Below, one piece after another: positions 36,736 through 38,989 of a DNA stretch of 38,989 nucleotides (the stretch's first letter is position 1; every line of letters begins with the position of its first letter). Below the pieces are notes generated by a model. It searched no databases. It had not been told where the DNA came from and was given only the letters and a program-made list of their open reading frames with translations. The position numbers and the translations under genes were made by a program. The stretch spans positions 570,484-609,472 of the forward strand of contig WELA01003449.1 of assembly GCA_009602735.1 (NCBI GenBank), read 5' to 3'. Source of the DNA: Mesotaenium endlicherianum. Taxonomy: Eukaryota.

Positions 36736-38548
36736 CTACTTGGACAGGCCTGCCTCTCTCAGCTTCGCGGCTTCGTGTGCCTTTCTCCCCGCATCGACGG
36801 CCTCTCTGCACCAACAGGACGAGAAAAATAAGAAATTCCACGGAATGTTGTATACGAGAAACATACAAGTCCAGGCCAGAAGCTGCAAGCCAATGACAGA
36901 AGCAGCTCGCGCTAGGGTGACGGCAGCAGCTCATCGGCACTTCTTCCAGGCACACGAAGAAAAGAAGCAAGGCAAAAACAGAGGCCCGCAGATGATCCCC
37001 GGCAACTACGCTCAAAAAATCCCGCATCCAAGTGACGCCAGCTGGCGGGCGATCGCGGTGCCACCGCCTGCCTCCTCGTTCAGCTCGCACTAGGCCTACT
37101 CTTGGTAGAGTGAAAACTCTCGGGTTGACAACGCACGAGCCGAGATGACTACAACGCACAATGCACCACAACGTAATTACTGACCCCCCTCCCCCCTCCC
37201 CCCCCCTCCCCCCCTTGCGGCAATCCTACAGAGCCAGGCTCCTTCTCAGCCAGACTCGTAACCAAAGGGGGAGCGTACCTGCAAGGCAAGCCTAGTAAAT
37301 GAGCACCTTCCTTTGCCCAAGATCAGGAGTACATATCGCCCAGCCCGGCCACAGACGCGCCGAGCAGGAGTGCAGGGAAAGCAGGGCACAGGAGTAGGCC
37401 TTCAAGGTTCTAGGGCCTATGTAGTCAGCCTTTGGGTAGGGCCTTAGCGGAAGCCTTAGGGTTAAATGGGATGCAGGTGGATGCGCCAGAGAGCCCTCTG
37501 TGGCGCTCACTGGTGAAGGCACACAGGCACATGTTGCTCACAAGAGGCCCCTGAGGCGGCCCTTAAGAGAACCCTAGCCCTAAATCAAAACCCCTCAAAA
37601 AACCTAATCCCGAAACCCCTCACGCCGAGGACAACGAGGGGAGAGGGGCGGCAAGGGAGACAGCAGGAGAATTAGGGTTACGATTAAGGTTAGGTTAGAA
37701 TTAGGGCTCCTACTTGAAAGCAGAGGCCAGCTCGATGTTGCTGGAGTCCATCTGCACGCCGTCGAAGAAGGCGTTGGCTGCGTCCTCGTACCGCTGCACT
37801 CACACCAACACCCCCACGGCCGCCAGAGCCGCCGCCGCCGGCACCAGTCAGCTGGCGCCACTGTCGGAGTCAGCAGGCCCAGCAGGCGGCGCCACATGCG
37901 CGCGCCTCTGTAGGAGTCATTGATTGGGGTTTTGATTGAGGTTTAGGCTCAGGGTTTGAGGTCAAGAATGAGAACATCCGGAGGGGAAGGCTCGCCTGGC
38001 CGGCTGAATCTAAATCACGCCTGGAACCTCCACAGGAAGAGGGAAAGGGAGGGACGAGGGGCAGGTTTTCAACACTTGGCCAAGGTGGGTCCCTTCAGTA
38101 ACCTAAAGTGCTAAGAGGGAGAGCTCTCTGCCACATCAGCGGCGATCCCAAAACAGCCCGAGCTCGACAGCTGGCCCAATTTTCGGCTGCCGCCTTCCCT
38201 GAAGCACATTATGAGCACCTTTCCCTCTCTGCCAGAGGGCGATTCCGCACGGCCCCCCGCCCTTGACGAGCTCTCCCTCTAGCCCGGGCCCGCCTTACTG
38301 CAGCTCCAACTGGAGCCCAGCAGACAGAGGCGGGGGGGAGAGCCCTGCTTGGCCCCTCCTAGCACCCTCACTCCAGAAGCACCAGCAGGAGCCAAGCAAC
38401 AAAGGGGGGGGGGGGGNTTGGCCCAGTCGGGCCTCGCCGCCCGCGCCGCCCGGGCGTCGGCGAGCGCGTGCTCCGGCTGGCCCAGGCGCATCCAGCAGAG
38501 GCTGCGGTTGGAGAAGAGCGCCGCGTTGCTGGCGTCCAGGTCCAGGGC
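36736..38548 (-). CDS. 3' exons of a TPR protein of the plant ankyrin-repeat/TPR (TPR10-like) type; exons 38548-38418 (cut by n), 37793-37714, 36805-36736
   Basis: ALDLDASNAALFSNRSLCWMRLGQPEHALADARAARAARPDWA(K)...RYEDAANAFFDGVQMDSSNIELASAFK|EAVDAGRKAH...*. Canonical AG/GT sites; the 5' part lies outside the window. Confidence 0.85.
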
Positions 38549-38989
38549 CTGCTTGCCCGCACACGAGCACACACACGGGGGAAAGCGTGCACATGAGATA
38601 GTGCGCACAAACGGACGGGATGGGGGGCGGAAAGCAGCGCGGCACATGTCATAGAGTGGCACTTTTGTTATTGCGACTATCACCTCGCAATTAATAGAAG
38701 CAGAGGGCCCAGTAGGCTGTGTGCGTGTGCGTGTGCGTGTGCGTGTGCGTGCGTGTATGTGTGTGTGTCTGCGTGCGTGTCTGTGTGTGCGCTGGGGGAA
38801 GGGACTCCCACTCGCAACAGGCCTCTGACATCCGAAGGTTCGAGTAGGACGGAGGCCGCTCGAAGAGCATAGGAGAGCAAGCAAGCATGCTCGAATCTTC
38901 CCCATTCTGAAGGAATATGCACAAGTGAGCCTGAGAAAGAAATGGGGCGGGCTAGCAGAAGGGGGAAAGGTTGGAGGGGATAAGGGAGG

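Overview
Eukaryotic, intron-rich genomic window from a draft assembly with many N gaps. The plant-type housekeeping genes, GC-rich exons and microsatellite-laden introns suggest a streptophyte green alga (inference). Most of the window (minus strand, 5928-30597) is one gene with at least 25 traceable exons and about 1450 aa recovered. It encodes a predicted secreted protein: signal peptide, G8 domain, CEMIP/TMEM2/fibrocystin-like beta-helix, then three bacterial-type galactose-binding-like jelly-roll domains and a MopE-like Cys/Asp metal-binding repeat. The last two exons of a convergent plus-strand paralog lie at 301-1284. Its introns hold a degenerate 5' 28S rRNA fragment (19254-19569) and antisense exons of a coiled-coil gene (about 23.7-24.9 kb). 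To the right are a foldback-like repeat element, the mitochondrial ribosomal protein mL43 gene, a divergent intronless CENP-V/GFA-family gene and the 3' end of a TPR gene of the ankyrin-TPR10 type. A 2.86-kb exact duplication across a single N is probably an assembly artefact.
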